Below are positions 37,154 to 46,511 of a stretch of DNA of 64,000 nt, in pieces. The notes below the pieces were generated by a model. It searched no databases, was not told the DNA's origin, and worked only from the letters and a program-made list of their open reading frames with translations. Where the stretch lies: positions 1 to 64,000 of IMG/VR virus record IMGVR_UViG_3300021121_000001. The stretch is one strand, 5' to 3'. Every line of letters begins with the position of its first letter. The first letter of the stretch is position 1. The translations under genes were made by a program, and so were the position numbers. This DNA is from a virus (taxonomy: Duplodnaviria > Caudoviricetes).

Positions 37154-37188
37154 CAAACCAAATATAGAGAGAAAAGAACAATATTTTG

Positions 37189-37491
37189 TTACTTCTTGAT
37201 AATTGGAGATTGTACTTCTGTTACCAAATCAGATAACTTAGAAGAGTCAAGATCACTAACCGGAATAGTGAATGAAGAGCCTACATCTGCTGTTTTGTAA
37301 ATAGCATTTCCGCCTTCATCTATTGTAATAATAAAGAAGTTTTCCTGAGCCACGTTTGTGGGTCTCTTAGATTTTACGTCATCTATTACAGTCTGTAATT
37401 TAGTTAGTGAAGTATTCTGCTTGCTTGCTCTTTTATCAGGGGTGTTTGCTATTGTCAAATCCCATGAAGTGATTATTATTTTGAATGCCAT
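37189..37491 (-). CDS. Hypothetical protein (100 aa)
   Basis: Co-oriented ORF directly after the spike gene. Confidence 0.6.
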   Translation of the reverse strand: MAFKIIITSWDLTIANTPDKRASKQNTSLTKLQTVIDDVKSKRPTNVAQENFFIITIDEGGNAIYKTADVGSSFTIPVSDLDSSKLSDLVTEVQSPIIKK

Positions 37492-37501
37492 TTTTTTTAT
37501 T

Positions 37502-39886
37502 TTAAACTGTTATTTGTGTTGGAAAAGTAAATGCTCCAGAACTAAGGAGGGCTAAGTAATGCTGCCCAAATACTTCATCGTACATAGATTTGGTCGGTGT
37601 AGTCGTTTGCATATCAGCACTTGGATTAATTGTAAATGAAATTACCTCATCTATAAAGTTGTGGGATTGTATCTCTGCTGTTATATCGCAGTTTTGCACA
37701 CTACCTACGATGTCAATACAAGGCTGACCGCTATTATTGAAGAATTTGTTACCTGTGCTGTTTGTAATGTCGGTGAGGGTGTTGTTTGCTATGATATTAT
37801 ATTGGTTGTTTGCAATATTGCCAACCATAACATTACTATCTATCAAATTGCAATTGTTTTGGTTAATACCTCTAGCTACTTGATTTTCACTGATTGAATT
37901 TCCAACATTACTTGCAATATTACCAGCGGTTATTGTGTTGCTCAGTATGTACGTGCAATTATTATGAACGATTTGACCAGATATGTTGTTGTCATTTAAC
38001 AGATAAAAACTGTTGTTGCCTTGTATTTTTTCTGAAACTGTATTCCCAGAAAGTTGAACCCCTACATTTTCCGTTATATCTCCTGCAATATTATTATCTA
38101 ATCTCCCTACGATATTACTGCTTATAGAACCGCATGTATTTCCTAATATTGTTATGCCCGAATTGCCCCTTATTACTCCTGCATTGGAATTTGAACTTAT
38201 AACATAAACATTATTTTCAAATATACTGTTTGTATTAGAATTGGAGTTTATAATTATTCCAATATTGTTAGTTATAAAACCAGCATTAGTATTATTGGTT
38301 ATCTCATCAACTTGATTTTCGTTTATCTCTCCCGTATTTGAATTTGTATCAATTACTACTCCAAAATTATTAGTTATATTTCCAACGTTCGTGTTATTGG
38401 TTATATTGACAACATTGTTAGAGCCAATATCGCCACTATTCGTATTGTTTTGAATAATCGAGCCGACATTATTTAAAATACCTCCACTATTTGAGTTGTT
38501 TTCAATCAGATTACCAATAGTATTGTTTATAATATCTCCACCGCTAGTGTTATAGTTTATGTTATTGGCAATATTGTTTTGGATATTCCCAGAAATCATG
38601 TTTGAGTTTATGCTATTAGATATATTCCCGCTTAATTTAGCACAAGTGTTGTCTGATATTGTATCAGTAATATTACCTAGAATTTGGCTACAAACATTGT
38701 TTGTTATAAATGCAAATCCCTGATTGCCAATTATATTAATAGGGTCGCCATTATTATTATTACCCAATAAAAGTGAGCCAGAATTATATTGCAATTGGTT
38801 TATTGTGTTTTGATAACAAACAGAAATAATATTACCCGTTATAATCCCTATGTTTGTATCAATAATATTATTATTTTGAAAAGTACCAATATTATTATTC
38901 TGAAATGCACCTTGACCTAAATTAACAAAATTTAGTCCAGATACATTTATTTGATTATTCGTATTTGAATCACAAATTACCGTGTCATAAGCTATGGAAT
39001 TATAATTAGACTCGCCTAATTCCCCAGCCCCCTCAGTATATTCAGAATATGTAGAGCCATATGCAATATTTACCTGTAAACCTATACAGCCATTTCCAAC
39101 ATTAATTACAAAGTTGTCCAACCAATATGGTGAGCCATTCAAAAATTGATTTGCCGCCAATGGGCTTTTTATATATACGTTCTGTAAACCTCCAGTGTTC
39201 CAAAAGCAACCTATCTCAATATGACTTGCTCCAGATACAGGTTGAACAGACCAATAATTACCATTACCAACGGATGTCTCCCATCTCCAAAAAACTACAT
39301 TCCTCCAATCATAATCCCTAGCAACTTGATTCAAAGTGTCTTCTCTATAAGTTATTACACCTTTTCCTCCATTACTGGAATTTAATCCATCATAAAAACC
39401 ATCCATGACATCTGGTACATAATGTATAATATCCTGAGGGTAAGAAAGAGATTCTGCCATAGGAGATATGCTGGAAGGACTTGTAACTGTAACCAAAAGC
39501 TGCTCCGGTGTTCCGGCGTGAGGGATTTCTCCACCTATTCCTCCAGGACCTGTACCACTAAATTGTATATAGTGTACAGTTTGATAATCTGTAATAAGTA
39601 TTTTAGATCCTGGAATAAGAGTTCCTGAATTAAGTTTTGTAAGAAATTCTGAATACAGCATTTCAAAAACAGGAAAAGCTGGATTGGTCCATGTTCCTGT
39701 TTGATTTAGATATAAACTTGGATTTCCCTGGGGAGAGATTCCAAGACATTTCATTACTGTTTTGCAAAATGTACCATCGCAATTTGCACAATCATATAAA
39801 AGTCTATAAAGTTTTTCTCCATAATATCTACCAAAAGTAGCGTATATGGAAGACCTCTTCATTGGGTCTACATTTAATTCTGCCAT
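37502..39886 (-). CDS. Fibre/spike protein with a long Asn/Ile/Gly right-handed beta-helix (794 aa)
   Basis: Many I..N.N.G.I..N repeats; YSE....LIPG...ITDY domain seen in Bacteroidota phage fibres; Cys-containing N-terminal anchor. Confidence 0.75.
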   Translation of the reverse strand: MAELNVDPMKRSSIYATFGRYYGEKLYRLLYDCANCDGTFCKTVMKCLGISPQGNPSLYLNQTGTWTNPAFPVFEMLYSEFLTKLNSGTLIPGSKILITDYQTVHYIQFSGTGPGGIGGEIPHAGTPEQLLVTVTSPSSISPMAESLSYPQDIIHYVPDVMDGFYDGLNSSNGGKGVITYREDTLNQVARDYDWRNVVFWRWETSVGNGNYWSVQPVSGASHIEIGCFWNTGGLQNVYIKSPLAANQFLNGSPYWLDNFVINVGNGCIGLQVNIAYGSTYSEYTEGAGELGESNYNSIAYDTVICDSNTNNQINVSGLNFVNLGQGAFQNNNIGTFQNNNIIDTNIGIITGNIISVCYQNTINQLQYNSGSLLLGNNNNGDPINIIGNQGFAFITNNVCSQILGNITDTISDNTCAKLSGNISNSINSNMISGNIQNNIANNINYNTSGGDIINNTIGNLIENNSNSGGILNNVGSIIQNNTNSGDIGSNNVVNITNNTNVGNITNNFGVVIDTNSNTGEINENQVDEITNNTNAGFITNNIGIIINSNSNTNSIFENNVYVISSNSNAGVIRGNSGITILGNTCGSISSNIVGRLDNNIAGDITENVGVQLSGNTVSEKIQGNNSFYLLNDNNISGQIVHNNCTYILSNTITAGNIASNVGNSISENQVARGINQNNCNLIDSNVMVGNIANNQYNIIANNTLTDITNSTGNKFFNNSGQPCIDIVGSVQNCDITAEIQSHNFIDEVISFTINPSADMQTTTPTKSMYDEVFGQHYLALLSSGAFTFPTQITV

Positions 39887-40143
39887 TATTGTTCTGTTTT
39901 TTGTTCTTGTTTCTTTGGTGTAAATTTGTCTGCAACTGTAGCTCCTGTCAGAGCTGCTACAAGTAATAAAAATCCATTAAACACATCAACTGCATATCTG
40001 TTTATTTCTTTAGCAATAAAAAAATCAGAAGTGACAATATAAGCACCAAGTATAACAGCAATGACAAAAGAAGAAAGCATTGTTAGAGATTTCCTGCTCC
40101 ACTTACCATCCGGGGATTTTAATGTATCATCAATTATTTTCAT
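39886..40143 (-). CDS. Putative holin (2 TM helices)
   Basis: GKWSRKS followed by two hydrophobic segments and a charged C-terminal tail; in the lysis cassette. Confidence 0.65.
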   Translation of the reverse strand: MKIIDDTLKSPDGKWSRKSLTMLSSFVIAVILGAYIVTSDFFIAKEINRYAVDVFNGFLLLVAALTGATVADKFTPKKQEQKTEQ

Positions 40144-40424
40144 GACTTTTTATATTTATCATATTTCTGACTTGTTCCTGTATCAGGAAGAATTGCTTCA
40201 GCTCCTATAAAATTGTATGTAGTTTTTTTGTCAAATGGTTTATTTTGAAGATTTAAAATGTAGTCATGTTTGCCCACCATTATTTTTAAATTTTCAACAT
40301 CTTTCATAGTGTCTTTAAAGTCTTTGTGCATATCCATTACTAAGTAGGAAACTATGCCAAATAATATTGTATTAATGTAATCTTTTAATACTAATTTCGC
40401 CATCGGGTTTTGGTTTATTATCAT
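40140..40424 (-). CDS. Single-TM membrane protein (holin/antiholin candidate)
   Basis: YINTILFGIVSYLVM TM segment plus coiled coil; overlaps the lysozyme and holin genes. Confidence 0.5.
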   Translation of the reverse strand: MIINQNPMAKLVLKDYINTILFGIVSYLVMDMHKDFKDTMKDVENLKIMVGKHDYILNLQNKPFDKKTTYNFIGAEAILPDTGTSQKYDKYKKS

Positions 40425-40867
40425 TTAGTGAAATATAAATTTGCTTCTGCTTGTCGCCTTCGTACCAATCCAGGAAGCTGTTTACTTCCTGCATATATCC
40501 ATTTTTGAAATTCCTGTAATATACTTGGATCATTTGGATTGATATTTACTTTTTTCAAAAGGGTGCTTCCGGATAATGCAAGTGCTCCTAAATTATAAGT
40601 GAAAGAAACCAATGCATCAAACTGATGTTGGTTTATTTGACTTTTAACCAAAGAAGTTACACTTGTTTCAAATTTTGGCAAAGTTAATAAAAAAAGATCA
40701 TCTGCTCCTTTTTGACTTATCACATCTCCTATTTTAACTTTTGTTCCATCTGCATATCTTGTAGATCCCCAGCCTATTGTTGCTACATTTACAGAATCTA
40801 AATAAGCTTCCAATCTGCAAGATTCAAAAGATTTAATAAGATTTATTCCCTCCTGGCTGGTTTTCAT
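40421..40867 (-). CDS. Endolysin, GH24 phage lysozyme
   Basis: Catalytic E-x8-D-x5-T (FESCRLEAYLDSVNVATIGWG), FDALVSFTYNLG, GLVRRRQAE. Confidence 0.95.
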   Translation of the reverse strand: MKTSQEGINLIKSFESCRLEAYLDSVNVATIGWGSTRYADGTKVKIGDVISQKGADDLFLLTLPKFETSVTSLVKSQINQHQFDALVSFTYNLGALALSGSTLLKKVNINPNDPSILQEFQKWIYAGSKQLPGLVRRRQAEANLYFTK

Positions 40868-40873
40868 ACTTTT

Positions 40874-41608
40874 TTATTTTAAATAGTGAACAATAAGTCC
40901 TGTTAAAATAGCCCCTACAGGTATTCCAATACCAAGTCCTATAAACAATGTCTTTGTCTGTTTAGATATTTTTGGTTTTACAACTATATTTTTTACATCT
41001 TCTGTCTCCACTTTTGGATTGGAAAAATGTATTTTAACCACTGGTTCTGTTTTAAACAGAGACTTTTTCTGGTCTGCAATTGTAATAGTTGTAGTGTTAG
41101 GAATTTTTAAATGATTTATAATCAGTCCCTCTGTTGTTATAGTTTCATCTATTTGAAATGTGCTGTCAATTTTAACAAAATTAGCAGGAAGAGGAAGTGC
41201 TTCAAAAGAATCCAATACACCATGAAGAGAATCTATCACTCTTATAAGATGTTCTGAATTTGAAAATTTGATTGTATCATGTACAATTTTAATTTCTGTT
41301 ACGACTTTTACATAAGACTGAAGATGTGTTGTTCCTGTTTGTTTCTGAATATCCTTAACAGTTTTATTGTCTTTATCTGCCAAAAGTTGAGTTTGTGTAA
41401 TTTCTTTTGTAGAATCTTTTAAAGTTTTTGTTGTAAAGATCATAGAATCCAGAAAGGTTTTATCAACCAATTGACTTTGAAGAGATTTTATATCTCTGGA
41501 TTTTTCACATGATTTTGTACCAAATAAAATTAAAAGGAGCAAAAGTATTATTATTATAGAACCTAAAAAGTAGTCTTTGAAAGTTTCCAGTGATTGAAAT
41601 AGTGTCAT
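40874..41608 (-). CDS. Candidate unimolecular spanin / lysis-associated membrane protein
   Basis: N-terminal hydrophobic stretch ending GTKSC (lipobox-like), beta-rich middle, C-terminal TM (LFIGLGIGIPVGAILTGLIV); adjacent to the endolysin gene. Confidence 0.55.
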   Translation of the reverse strand: MTLFQSLETFKDYFLGSIIIILLLLLILFGTKSCEKSRDIKSLQSQLVDKTFLDSMIFTTKTLKDSTKEITQTQLLADKDNKTVKDIQKQTGTTHLQSYVKVVTEIKIVHDTIKFSNSEHLIRVIDSLHGVLDSFEALPLPANFVKIDSTFQIDETITTEGLIINHLKIPNTTTITIADQKKSLFKTEPVVKIHFSNPKVETEDVKNIVVKPKISKQTKTLFIGLGIGIPVGAILTGLIVHYLK

Positions 41609-41629
41609 ATTTTATAATTTTTAAATTTT

Positions 41630-41664
41630 TAAAACTCTGACCTCCTCCATATTTCAGGAGGAGG
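41630..41664 (-). terminator. GC-rich hairpin / probable terminator after the fibre gene, preceded by an anti-TIR segment
   Basis: cctcctcc/ggaggagg 8-bp stem; U-tract slightly offset. Confidence 0.6.
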
Positions 41665-41708
41665 CTATGAGAAAGGAGCTAAACCAAAAAAAGCTGCTTT
41701 TTTGTATC

Positions 41709-43283
41709 TTATATTACTTGATATGTAAATGAAAAATAAAATGAATTAACTGCTGTATTTGTTGCGCTGTATTTAAGAAGCACTCTGTTATTTCCAGGAT
41801 CTGCTACAATAGCTGCACATTCTCTTGATACTGCTGGCATCACTGCTGTTCCTCCACATTGATAATCTAAAGTAAAAGCAGAAGAAACTGGGATTGTTAT
41901 TCCAAGAACAGTGTCTGCATTTGCAACAGGATCAATATCAATTTGACCTGAAACTGTAACAACTGCTCCAACTCTCATCCACTGACAAGTATATGTAGTT
42001 GAAGCACTTACATTTGTTATATTTGACGAAACAGGAAGATATACTCCAGAACTAATTATAGTTCCAAAACTTAAATTCTTACTTCCATCTGTTTGCAATG
42101 TTGCACCTGCTGCCCCATCTGCACTTGGAAGAGTAAAACTATTTCCTCTGAATTTAAAAGCTGTCACATCATTAGGAAGAGCAAATTGATAATCTGCTGT
42201 TGCTTCTGCACCAGAACCTAATGCTATTCTATGTATTGCAGTCCCACCACCAGAAGAAGAAGGATTTGCACCATGCCCTACATACGTATTATCGCTTCCT
42301 GAGGTATTATATATGCCTGCTGAAACACCTATTGCTGTATTTTTATATCCTGTATTTGTATTAAATAAACTTTGAAAACCAATACATGTATTATCCATAC
42401 CTGTACTCAATGCAGTTAAAGCACTTGCCCCTATTCCTGTATTTAAAGTAGCAGAAGGAACAGAATCAAAAGAATTCAATCCAAAACTTGTATTAAAATT
42501 AGAAAGATTTATTCTACCAGCTACAGTGTTATTAGTTTTAAAAACAAGATCAGAAGCATCTGTAGTTCCTACAAAATTAGTTCCAGGAGTAGTTCCTGAG
42601 TTTCCTGTAAGAGACCAACTTGTCAAAGCTGTCAAAGAAGAAAGAGGAACATCTGAAGGAGTTGTTGTACCTCCTGATATATTTGCTTTTACAGTGTGAT
42701 CAGCCATTGTAGCCAAAGAAGCATTTGCCACTGTATTTGCAGAAAGTTTAGCTCCATTTATACCTGTAGCAAGTTCTGTATCTGTTACAGATCCTGCAAT
42801 AAGTTTTGCAGAACCATCTATTGAATTAGTAGCTATTTTAGCATTTGTAAGAGAAAGGTTTATTCCCTTAAGACCAAGATCAATAGACCCATTTGGGATA
42901 TTTGCAGAAACATCTATTGTTCCTAAATTTGAAGAACTGATTATATCAGAATCAGCAAAATCCATATGAAGTTCTACATCCCAAGAAGATCCATTCCATG
43001 TAGCTTCAGCATCCCAGTTTTTAACAAGCTGTGCCTGGGTTATGTTAGTTCCAAAAAGTGTAAATGTTTTAGAGTTTGTAGTGATGTCCAGAGTAGCCCT
43101 GTAAACAAATTTATAACTTGTTCCTACAGAAGGAGTTCCTGTTGGAACAATTCCATAATTACCAATAGCTATTGCAGTACCTTGAAAGTAGTATAAGCCA
43201 TAAAGACTTGTAGTGTCAAGTGAAGGAATTTCAGTTCCTGTACCATTAAAAGTGATTACAAGTGTTAATTGATTGAGTGGCAT
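41709..43283 (-). CDS. Tail/head fibre protein with YadA-head-like NTxxG repeats (524 aa)
   Basis: WSLTGNSGT...FVGTTDASDLVFKTNN module; NTSFG/NTGIG/NTCIG/NTAIG/NTYVG repeats; beta-sandwich-like tip. Confidence 0.75.
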   Translation of the reverse strand: MPLNQLTLVITFNGTGTEIPSLDTTSLYGLYYFQGTAIAIGNYGIVPTGTPSVGTSYKFVYRATLDITTNSKTFTLFGTNITQAQLVKNWDAEATWNGSSWDVELHMDFADSDIISSSNLGTIDVSANIPNGSIDLGLKGINLSLTNAKIATNSIDGSAKLIAGSVTDTELATGINGAKLSANTVANASLATMADHTVKANISGGTTTPSDVPLSSLTALTSWSLTGNSGTTPGTNFVGTTDASDLVFKTNNTVAGRINLSNFNTSFGLNSFDSVPSATLNTGIGASALTALSTGMDNTCIGFQSLFNTNTGYKNTAIGVSAGIYNTSGSDNTYVGHGANPSSSGGGTAIHRIALGSGAEATADYQFALPNDVTAFKFRGNSFTLPSADGAAGATLQTDGSKNLSFGTIISSGVYLPVSSNITNVSASTTYTCQWMRVGAVVTVSGQIDIDPVANADTVLGITIPVSSAFTLDYQCGGTAVMPAVSRECAAIVADPGNNRVLLKYSATNTAVNSFYFSFTYQVI

Positions 43284-43286
43284 CTT

Positions 43287-44216
43287 CTATATTTTTCTTT
43301 CTAATTTGATTATTAATTGATCAAGAATAACAGAATCACCATGTGGATCAATAGCTATTCTTACATCATTTGTATTTATAGTTACAGGAGTTGTATATTG
43401 ATAAATCTCAGAAAGATTTGAAACTATACTTTCTCCATATTTAGGAGCACCTGGCTTTGAAAGAAGTGTATCTATTTTTGCATAGTTTTTAAGTTGCAAA
43501 GTACTTGTAGCATCTGCCACAACTGTTGAAATTATTTCAAAATCAGTAATAGAAAAAATATTACAAACTGCCTGACTTCCTCCAATGCTTGTAAATTGAT
43601 TATAAGCAGTGCCATCAGTAATTCTTATTTCCTGTATGTTGCACATAGAAAGATTTCTTCTTATTGTGCCTTTAAATGTAATAATGTCCCCCGCTTTTAG
43701 ACTGTAGCTTGTAAGATCAAGAGATTGGAAATAACCTGTTGTCACTGTAGGAGAATTGAATATATTCAAAAGCACTCCTGATTTTTGACTGTTTGTAACA
43801 GGACTTGCAGCATATTCAATATTGATTGTTCTTCCACAGCTTGTTACAGAACCTGTTGTAACTGTTAGACTGCTTGAAGTTATATCTTTTACAGTTGTTC
43901 CAAGGCAAGTTTCTATTGCAGAAATATCATTTTGTATATTGCTTATTTCTGTAGTTATTGCAGGATCTAAACCTATTACATTACTTGTAACAGTTATTTG
44001 TCCAGATGCTCCTGTATAAACTATACCTGAAGGAGGAGCAATATTACAAATGGCATTATTTATATTTGCCAGAATTGTATCATATGGATCTCCTTTAGTT
44101 GCAGAAATACATGGAAGAGGCAATCCCTGATAAAATACACAATTCCCTTTTATTTGTTGAGGGCATCCACAAAGGTCTTGACATTCACAAGGTTGAGGGC
44201 AATTATTTTGACACAT
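43287..44216 (-). CDS. Cys-rich fibre protein (NCVFYxG family)
   Basis: N-terminal C-rich module GNCVFYQG...C followed by coiled coil. Confidence 0.6.
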   Translation of the reverse strand: MCQNNCPQPCECQDLCGCPQQIKGNCVFYQGLPLPCISATKGDPYDTILANINNAICNIAPPSGIVYTGASGQITVTSNVIGLDPAITTEISNIQNDISAIETCLGTTVKDITSSSLTVTTGSVTSCGRTINIEYAASPVTNSQKSGVLLNIFNSPTVTTGYFQSLDLTSYSLKAGDIITFKGTIRRNLSMCNIQEIRITDGTAYNQFTSIGGSQAVCNIFSITDFEIISTVVADATSTLQLKNYAKIDTLLSKPGAPKYGESIVSNLSEIYQYTTPVTINTNDVRIAIDPHGDSVILDQLIIKLERKI

Positions 44217-44225
44217 TTTAAAAAA

Positions 44226-45038
44226 TTAATTTGTTTCTATTGAAAATCCATCTAATGACAACCACCAATCATCCTGCAAAGATCCTGTATCTTGGGTCAT
44301 TACATAAAGCCAATCTGAAGAAAGAGAAATGCTTCCATCAGACTTAAATATGAATGTCACCCAATATACACGTTGCATTCCTCCACTTAATGTGTACATT
44401 CCTATTGGAACAAGTCTTGTAAATTGAGGTTTGAAAGAAGTTGACACCAATGTATTACTAACAAGCATTACAGGTATTTGAACATCTCCTGTTAAAAGTC
44501 CGGCAGGTACTTTTACAATTCCTCTAAACCATATTTTTCTAATTACGGCTCCACAATATTCAACTGCATATTGAGGATTTTGTCCAACTCCAAGACTTGT
44601 TGAAGTATCTCCGCTTACAATATGCATTGCTCCAGGAACTTGAAAAGCCTCTTGAAGAACAAGGTCATGCCATTGCAGAAGAGAGCAGCTTGAAGAAGAA
44701 GCATCAAGTCTGAGGGTTTTACAATTTCCATTTGTAACAACAGTTTTTGTAATTCCTGTTCCTACAACTATTTTATCATTTAAATATCCGCAGCAAGCAT
44801 CTCCTGAATCTATTCTTGTTCCAAGTTTAGAATCTATTTTACCAAGACTTACTGAAATAGTGTCTCCATAATTTACTCCTGAACATGTCAGATTAGACCC
44901 TGAATAGAATACACAATTAGAAGGCAATATATCTGTACAGGTTACTTCTGGAGGACATGGGCCATTGCATTTAGTAGCACCAATTAAACTTGGAGTTTGA
45001 CTAACTATACTTTGTTGACATTCGGGGCAATTAGACAT
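44226..45038 (-). CDS. Cys-rich fibre protein (NCVFYxG family) with receptor-binding-type tip
   Basis: SNCVFYSG module; C-terminal W..L...PQY...IWFRG...WLSLDG fibre-tip pattern. Confidence 0.6.
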   Translation of the reverse strand: MSNCPECQQSIVSQTPSLIGATKCNGPCPPEVTCTDILPSNCVFYSGSNLTCSGVNYGDTISVSLGKIDSKLGTRIDSGDACCGYLNDKIVVGTGITKTVVTNGNCKTLRLDASSSSCSLLQWHDLVLQEAFQVPGAMHIVSGDTSTSLGVGQNPQYAVEYCGAVIRKIWFRGIVKVPAGLLTGDVQIPVMLVSNTLVSTSFKPQFTRLVPIGMYTLSGGMQRVYWVTFIFKSDGSISLSSDWLYVMTQDTGSLQDDWWLSLDGFSIETN

Positions 45039-45048
45039 TTTTTAATTA

Positions 45049-45711
45049 TTAGCAGTTAGGTAAACAATATGTTTTAGCTGTTATAGTGGCTATATTTTGT
45101 TGCAAAGTCAAATTAGCAGCTAACAAACTTGAAACCTGTGTAGCTAGAAAATCAACCTGACTTTGCAAAGAATTTATTTGAGATTGAGCTGTACTTGCCA
45201 AAGTTGTTGCATTGTCAGCAGCAGTTCTAGCAGCACATACACATGAAACTAATGTATTTATAATAGATTTTAGGTCATATTGTTGTGGACCTGTTCCACA
45301 ATTAGTAGCGCAGCAGCAAAGATTAACATCTGTATAAATAGGATTTATATTCTGGATAGATTGTATAATTCCATCTATTTGAGATTGCTGACCACAGGTG
45401 AGTCCACCAAGATATGAAAATAATCCTTTTATTGTTTTATCATCATAATATTTCCAGCCTTGTGTAATACCTGAAGCACATGGGGCAGGAAAGACAAAAC
45501 TTGTAACGTCCAAAGATGTATCTATACTGCATATTTCACCAAATAGGTTTGCTACAACATCAGTGATGCTGCTATCTCTGCAAATTTGAAAATTTGGATC
45601 AGAGGGGCATGTTAAAGTATCTCCTTTATAAAAAACACAATTCGAACTTACAGGAGGGTTACATCTTGAATATGTAGTTGAACTATTATCACAACCTGGG
45701 CAATTACTCAT
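45049..45711 (-). CDS. Cys-rich fibre / adaptor protein (NCVFYxG family)
   Basis: SNCVFYKG module plus C-terminal coiled coil. Confidence 0.6.
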   Translation of the reverse strand: MSNCPGCDNSSTTYSRCNPPVSSNCVFYKGDTLTCPSDPNFQICRDSSITDVVANLFGEICSIDTSLDVTSFVFPAPCASGITQGWKYYDDKTIKGLFSYLGGLTCGQQSQIDGIIQSIQNINPIYTDVNLCCCATNCGTGPQQYDLKSIINTLVSCVCAARTAADNATTLASTAQSQINSLQSQVDFLATQVSSLLAANLTLQQNIATITAKTYCLPNC

Positions 45712-45712
45712 C

Positions 45713-45988
45713 TTAACACTGGTTTAATTTATTTTTAATTAAAGTTACAACATCCTCTATTTTAATATCATCATAGCAACTGTGACATTTTAGAATTTTT
45801 TCAAGGATGTTATGAATATCTAAAAGGTCTGTATAATCAGAAGCTTTACTTTTTATACCAAGATTATAAACACTGTTTTTGTAATCCCTTGTAGAAACAA
45901 GAGCTATTTTATTGTCAACTTCTTTAAGAAGTCCACATATAAATTTTTCATTATAATTAATATCTGTGTTCATGGCAATCGCACTCAA
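45713..45988 (-). CDS. Small tail hub-associated protein (start may be 45973)
   Basis: Synteny; overlaps the 184-aa gene. Confidence 0.45.
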   Translation of the reverse strand: MSAIAMNTDINYNEKFICGLLKEVDNKIALVSTRDYKNSVYNLGIKSKASDYTDLLDIHNILEKILKCHSCYDDIKIEDVVTLIKNKLNQC

Positions 45989-46511
45989 TTAACAAATCAA
46001 GAATTTTGTCAGCAGCTTTATAAAGTTTGCCTGCCTCCTTCACATTACAAGAAGCAGCATTTACTTTAACGCCATAGATATACACTCTTGCTCTTTCAAG
46101 TTTTTCTAATTTTTCAGGAGAAAAACAAGCTTCACAAGGCTGTACATTAAGTTTCAAAAAAGCTTTGTCATATTTGCACTCCAGCAGGCAGGTTCTATAC
46201 CAGGTTTTCTCAAACCAGTATTGCTCTTCAGGACATATACTTATTTTAGCAGTGTATAGTCCATCAGGAAGAGTTGTAAGTAGATCAAGATCAAGAACAT
46301 TTGTAATACCAAGAGTATTACTATTTAGAATTGTAACAGCATTTTTGTAGAAATTTAGCTGTACAGGAGTGTTATCAAAAGGAGTGATCACTTGCAAACT
46401 TGCATTTGCAACAGTTTGACTTGAACTGTAAAACGAAGTGTCATATAGTCCTAATGTTTTACAGTTATTTGTGTCAAGTATATCAAAAGATAATTTAGTA
46501 CTTTGAATCAT
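45957..46511 (-). CDS. Putative tail hub protein (Ig-like plus helical)
   Basis: LPDGLY motif, Cys-containing helical C-terminus, and position after the auxiliary capsid gene as in crAss-like phages. Confidence 0.55.
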   Translation of the reverse strand: MIQSTKLSFDILDTNNCKTLGLYDTSFYSSSQTVANASLQVITPFDNTPVQLNFYKNAVTILNSNTLGITNVLDLDLLTTLPDGLYTAKISICPEEQYWFEKTWYRTCLLECKYDKAFLKLNVQPCEACFSPEKLEKLERARVYIYGVKVNAASCNVKEAGKLYKAADKILDLLIECDCHEHRY

